This document shows positions 60,501-64,000 of a stretch of 64,000 nt of DNA, in pieces. Location of the stretch: the IMG/VR virus record IMGVR_UViG_3300042691_034899, positions 16,849-80,848 of that record; one strand, written 5' to 3'. The translations under genes were made by a program, and so were the position numbers. Position 1 is the stretch's first letter. Each line of letters opens with the position of its first letter. The notes under the pieces were generated by a model. The model had not been told where the DNA came from. It did no database searches and worked only from the letters and a program-made list of their open reading frames with translations. This stretch comes from a virus.

Positions 60501-63500
60501 GTTTATGATATCCTTCTCGATTTTCTTTGTTGAAGCTTGATTCAATACTTGCTTTATCGTTTGTATGTTAACAAGTTTTCCTTCCTTGTTAGCAAGCATC
60601 TGGTCAAGTAACGCTGGAACTGTGTAAGTGGTAGTTGAGAATTCCTCATCTCTTAATAAGTCAATAGCTACTGCATATGCAAACTGATCTAATGTCAAAT
60701 TAGAAACTTGGTTTGGATCCATTTGAGTAAGTCCTACAGCATTCTTTATACTTGTCCACAGATCAATTAAGAATTGTTTGAAATTATTATACTTAGTCTT
60801 ATTGATAAAAGATTCTCCTTGGTTTCCAATTGCTGTTACTAAAGCTTCTTCTAGTATCTTATCTTCAGAATAATTGAAGTAAACACTATTTCTGTCTTTA
60901 GATCTTTCGAGAATATCATTATAATACTCAGAATCTTTTACTAGATCTGTACCTCTTTTATATAAATCAGGTCTTGTGTCTCTAGCCCACTTTGCCCACA
61001 AATGCCCATACTCATGTATTGGAGTATTGTAGTTTAGCATGTCTGGATTAATGTATAGGTCATCTCCTAATAAGAATCCAGCGATTTGATTTGGAGTAGC
61101 GTTTGACCTATTTTCCGTATTAGCTGCTCTAAGACCTTTGCTAAAATCTGCCTTCTCAACAAATGTTCTTCCTTTAAGTAAACCTGTATTGTTAAGTCTT
61201 ACAGCAATTGCTGTAAAAGCTTCTCTTGGAACTATCTGTGCTTCTTTTATAGAATCAGGTGCTTGACTGAAAGCTATAGCTTGTTCTATCTCTACAGCAT
61301 TTTCATCAAATACAACATAGTTAAAACCTCTAGCTGTATCAGATGTTACTCCACGAGATACACTTTCGGCAGGATATTTTATACCATCGATATTGTTTTT
61401 AAGTAGAAACAGAGATGTGTCTTTATCGCTGCGATTTAATAAACTACTTAAATCTCTATATACCATTTGCCCTGTTGTTGTCTCTCTTAATAGTGAACGT
61501 ATGTAAAACGCATCAGAGATATTTACTCCAATTTCATCAGACAGGTCCATAGCATCATCTACACTAATATCATTTAAGCCCCCTTCTATTAACTTATTTA
61601 ATTTATCATTTGATATGTTTTTCTCTTTAACAAATGATTGTAATATTTTATTTCTTTGCTCATAAGGCACAGGTTTATCCCACTCTAACCAAGTGTATTG
61701 ATCAGGTGTTTTTTTATTTTGTAGAGTTACTCTGTAAAGATTTCGACTAGCTACTCTTTCTACTTTTTTACCTTCTATGCTCGGTAAATGACTTAAAATT
61801 TTTTGAGACATACTTTCGGAATAATAGTCTCCATCTTCTATTCTTCTATATACACCTTCTATTCCAATTTCTGAAACACCAAAAAGAGTTTCAAATAACC
61901 CCCCATTGGTTTCTTCATCTTTTGATAAGTCTACTTTTTGACCATCTATTGTAAACTGAACTCTTGACAAAGAGGTTGCGTAACTTCTTGCAATACTTTC
62001 TAGATCAGTAAAATATAACCCCCAACCAAATGCTTGAGCACCTTCTCCAGTTCCAATCTTTTCCGTTTTAAATCTTTCGAATCTATAAGGTGATCCATGC
62101 CAAGCAGATATTTGGAATCTTGGTCCTTGTTTTCTTTCTGCTACTTTGAATCCTCCAGCAGTAGTTGGAACAAGTAGCCCTTCTAATCTTGAGAATACAC
62201 TTTCAGCTGCTTGTGTTCTTACTTTGGCTGGATAGAATACTTTATCTTCTTTTTGAACTTTATCAAATAATCTTAAATAGAGTTCCGTTGCGATCCCTTT
62301 ACCCCTATGTATTTCAGCTACTGATATCTGCTCATCTGCAAATCCGTCTTCTGTTTTTGTAAGTCGTATTGATCCAACACGTACTCCATCTTTATACGCA
62401 ACAATAGAATTGTTTACTTCAAAGAATGTATAACTCTTGTCTTTAAGTGTTGAGAATTCCTTGAGGTTTACGCTCATCTCATCATTTACTCTTGATCTAG
62501 CTACTACACTTTTAAATGTAGTGTAATCAGATGTATTATTTGCTGGAGCACTATACCTATCAAACACTTTTGATGCTAGATTTCTATCGAACTCAAAGTT
62601 TAGATTCTTAGTATAGTATTTTGAATCACCTCTCTTTGGAACTTTTACAAACAACTTTCCAGCTTCCCTGTCTAATCCAACTCTGTATAAGTCTCCATTT
62701 ATTTTTATGAAGTTATCAGAAGTATTTGGTGTAATTACAAAATCTCCAAGCATTACAAAGTCTCCTTCGTACTCAGATTTTGCTTCAGGAAAGTTTGTAT
62801 AATACAGATCTTCAGAAACTATTTCATTTGTTGGAGGCACAAGATACTTCATGTTAGAATCTTTCTGAAGTCTAATATAATCTTCAAGTTGTGCCTGAAG
62901 CTCAATACCCTCAATCGAAGGTATAGTATCTGTTAGTGTAATATCCCTATCTGTTATTTCAAACTTAGATAGTATGGTTTTATATGTAGTAGTGTTTGCT
63001 GCCTTCTCTCTTAGTATATAGTTGTAGAAGTCACTTACAAATGATGACTTTAAGTAGTTCTCATCTGTCTTTATAACAGCAAGGTCTTTTGCTTCACTTA
63101 ACTTTGATGGAAGTGCATCATGATCAAATAATACTTGATACGCTGAGTAGAGCTCTTTATTTCCAAGGCCTTGTATAGTCTGTCTTGACATCAAGTATCT
63201 TGAGATATCGTTTAGTACAGAAGGCTTATTGTTTATATCCTTGGTAAGCATATACTCAGAAGGGATACTCATTCTTCCTTTTGCTATTTCATCATAAAGG
63301 TAGTCAATCAAGTCCATCACATTTGCGTCTTGATTCACTTTATGGAATAGATTGTCTCCTACTTTAATAAGCCCATGAGAATTGAATAATTCATTTTCTG
63401 GAACTTCTGTGTGTAGACTAACTATGTTGTATGCTGTATATTTATTTGGAATGTTTTCAACAACTACTGTATCTTCAACAGGCATTATTGCCATTAAGCT

Positions 63501-64000
63501 ATCTGAGAATGTTCTTACATTTGCTTCTGTAGGTTGGTTAAGCATCTCATTAGCTGTTTCTATTACAGCCATTACCTCTGCCCTCATTCCTGGAAATTCT
63601 GAGATACCTACAACATCAACATTGAAATTTGTAAATTCATTCTCAACTTCTTTCAATACTGATCGGATAAGCTCTGGATTTGATTGCCAGATATCCTCAT
63701 CAATAGAATTGAGATAGTCTATCTCAGCCTCAATCTTTGTTGTGTCTTGATTAGCTGGTAAAGTATTCTTTACAGTAGTATAAACTTTGTTGTTATTACT
63801 TGTCAGCTCACCGTTAACAAAAGATAATTTAGGAATTCGCTTTAATCCACTAAAACGATTGATGATAGTGTTGGCAAAGTCATTGTCCTCTAAGAATCTA
63901 TTTACAAAGTCCTCATAAGGAAGCTCCTTTATTTTGTTGTAAAAATCCTCAATGTTGTTAAAATCTGTAACTTTTAGGAATATCGCATTGTCAACTTCAT
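57534..64000 (-). CDS. Giant polyvalent virion protein (GNAT + ART-like + HExxH metallopeptidase); N-terminus lies beyond the window
   Basis: Frame is open from 63998, so 63656 is not the true start; RGKGIATELY, WHGSPYRF...GEGAQAFGWGLYFT...NYVVFD, HEYGH, EFQSD. Confidence 0.8.
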   Translation of the reverse strand, partial: EVDNAIFLKVTDFNNIEDFYNKIKELPYEDFVNRFLEDNDFANTIINRFSGLKRIPKLSFVNGELTSNNNKVYTTVKNTLPANQDTTKIEAEIDYLNSIDEDIWQSNPELIRSVLKEVENEFTNFNVDVVGISEFPGMRAEVMAVIETANEMLNQPTEANVRTFSDSLMAIMPVEDTVVVENIPNKYTAYNIVSLHTEVPENELFNSHGLIKVGDNLFHKVNQDANVMDLIDYLYDEIAKGRMSIPSEYMLTKDINNKPSVLNDISRYLMSRQTIQGLGNKELYSAYQVLFDHDALPSKLSEAKDLAVIKTDENYLKSSFVSDFYNYILREKAANTTTYKTILSKFEITDRDITLTDTIPSIEGIELQAQLEDYIRLQKDSNMKYLVPPTNEIVSEDLYYTNFPEAKSEYEGDFVMLGDFVITPNTSDNFIKINGDLYRVGLDREAGKLFVKVPKRGDSKYYTKNLNFEFDRNLASKVFDRYSAPANNTSDYTTFKSVVARSRVNDEMSVNLKEFSTLKDKSYTFFEVNNSIVAYKDGVRVGSIRLTKTEDGFADEQISVAEIHRGKGIATELYLRLFDKVQKEDKVFYPAKVRTQAAESVFSRLEGLLVPTTAGGFKVAERKQGPRFQISAWHGSPYRFERFKTEKIGTGEGAQAFGWGLYFTDLESIARSYATSLSRVQFTIDGQKVDLSKDEETNGGLFETLFGVSEIGIEGVYRRIEDGDYYSESMSQKILSHLPSIEGKKVERVASRNLYRVTLQNKKTPDQYTWLEWDKPVPYEQRNKILQSFVKEKNISNDKLNKLIEGGLNDISVDDAMDLSDEIGVNISDAFYIRSLLRETTTGQMVYRDLSSLLNRSDKDTSLFLLKNNIDGIKYPAESVSRGVTSDTARGFNYVVFDENAVEIEQAIAFSQAPDSIKEAQIVPREAFTAIAVRLNNTGLLKGRTFVEKADFSKGLRAANTENRSNATPNQIAGFLLGDDLYINPDMLNYNTPIHEYGHLWAKWARDTRPDLYKRGTDLVKDSEYYNDILERSKDRNSVYFNYSEDKILEEALVTAIGNQGESFINKTKYNNFKQFLIDLWTSIKNAVGLTQMDPNQVSNLTLDQFAYAVAIDLLRDEEFSTTTYTVPALLDQMLANKEGKLVNIQTIKQVLNQASTKKIEKDIINEVLELEYFKGKDKIPFDDFKAEVNARMMPLKVIVSSTYASYGSGNVDTGATKYETHIFNTDLDHQATGHFRPDFEAAEGIDFEIREMQGTFFVVEQDAVLTNENINEKVYNAASSRERAQAWIDNYDNARSINKGLFGHSRMWYNNEEGIAYGAEFQSDSYQKAKATDLLLASYNSDSSRLTEAQKPIFAKIQENKQIIDKAKKNQGEYKNVKELSEEISETMAYIARTEASIEEQKKKFVDLYGDRDKSPESHYNRFMSSMESSAQTRRVKLTKQKLEQLMNIAKGQEVTLPEMVSWTNDDPGSFTNQIGAIQLPFNEIDIIEKNTRSYKIKLGNEEATRYINRVGIAFELKKDRKPSSTISKITSDFDYVLEQIEETFKAVDIGDFRIEDYPTLNELFKKREKGIKLSELISVLEKELPIVSKLGAKEAFEKRQDLGLELILLKDKGRTPENLAELDRQIGRLKDAQAEVRNNRDYDRLENEIEVLENKYWKEGILNEEDQAKYDSINEELKELNAEYSKYWSAYIFKIAGSPAVNDLPLDAEIKFEVVPLRSYRLKTDDVEFYSIEEAFDRYKEETLEEVKVDPKAYANFFNASREVTKLEDKLLDAASLRDKQFIAHRKNYTERLLREEIKRSAELGMKELRIPTPRTLALIEGYIEPEGNAPYEIVRGNENYLEPGDQIEYAGTTYFVTYSDSSIIEVANSDNVYWVNPYDLRSDDIYEQVRNSKSEVEDFIDYEKVYTIDKLESISDYRYSILPNLNLEKFRYSRYEIAQVDDNTWRVIDTELLGQPGETVGELDSETEANEFVGTLETKSYYFTEDALEFELENYFERTTGTAQQFLEDFGYTIYGWYDGDALVSFDSINTEIFNQPDGYALLATNIEDFDIDDMSSEQQTVLRKYEELNELFKTNRPDATVVTDNAGNEWIATQLTVEDGTKPVVTFMEVSPSKSVENIATIFDSRLELLDLYSTKEEAEILKDINDCGA

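Noticed and set aside
256-63717. Many antisense or alternative-frame ORFs in the track (e.g. 256, 691, 9462, 10128, 14738, 17476, 41539, 56127, 63382)
   Set aside because: They lie within well-supported genes on the other strand or frame and show no motifs.
1-64000. Stop-codon reassignment as in some crAss-like phages
   Set aside because: Long genes (PolA, 1926-aa and >2100-aa ORFs) are intact in code 11; TAA, TAG and TGA all end well-defined genes; no suppressor tRNA seen.
51050-64000. Virion RNA polymerase
   Set aside because: No DxDGD-type catalytic motif seen in either giant ORF within the window; it could lie upstream.
1-64000. Prophage, host chromosome or integron integrase
   Set aside because: No integrase, repressor or host housekeeping context seen; recA and groEL are embedded in phage operons.

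Overview
This is a 64-kb segment of a large, AT-rich dsDNA tailed phage, probably lytic, read in the standard genetic code. The host is very likely Bacteroidota (Flavobacteriia-like): there are many TTTG-N19/20-TAnnTTTG promoters, a T9SS-type cargo protein, signal peptides followed by Gln, and a Flavobacterium-like class Id RNR. Layout: (1) 1-3 kb, leftward terminase operon. (2) 3.3-11.5 kb, a ~320-nt structured non-coding element, then recA, GIY-YIG nuclease, SSB, T5 A1-like protein, GroEL-GroES and guanylate kinase. (3) 11.5-16.4 kb, leftward thyA, thioesterase and T9SS cargo. (4) 16.45-17.15 kb, a divergent non-coding hub with tandem promoters (candidate genome end or origin). (5) 17-39 kb, rightward early/accessory region of many small ORFs, with RadC/JAB, DenV, a GH73 lysin, nucleases, two tRNAs and several non-tRNA structured RNAs. 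(6) 39.7-51 kb, RNR, SF2 helicase, PolA, DnaB, dUTPase and prim-pol. (7) 51-64 kb, giant virion/polyvalent proteins. The most striking unexplained signal is in the accessory region. Small genes are delimited by short DNA junction repeats that contain a stop codon and the next start codon (TTAAATCAGAATA(A/G)NATG, 7 copies; an AACCAAAAAAAC(A/T)AG..ATG family, about 7 copies). These are associated with tandem paralogs made of constant DNA blocks and unrelated variable blocks, consistent with a recombinational gene-cassette shuffling system. All assignments come from motif reading by eye; no database searches or folding programs were run.
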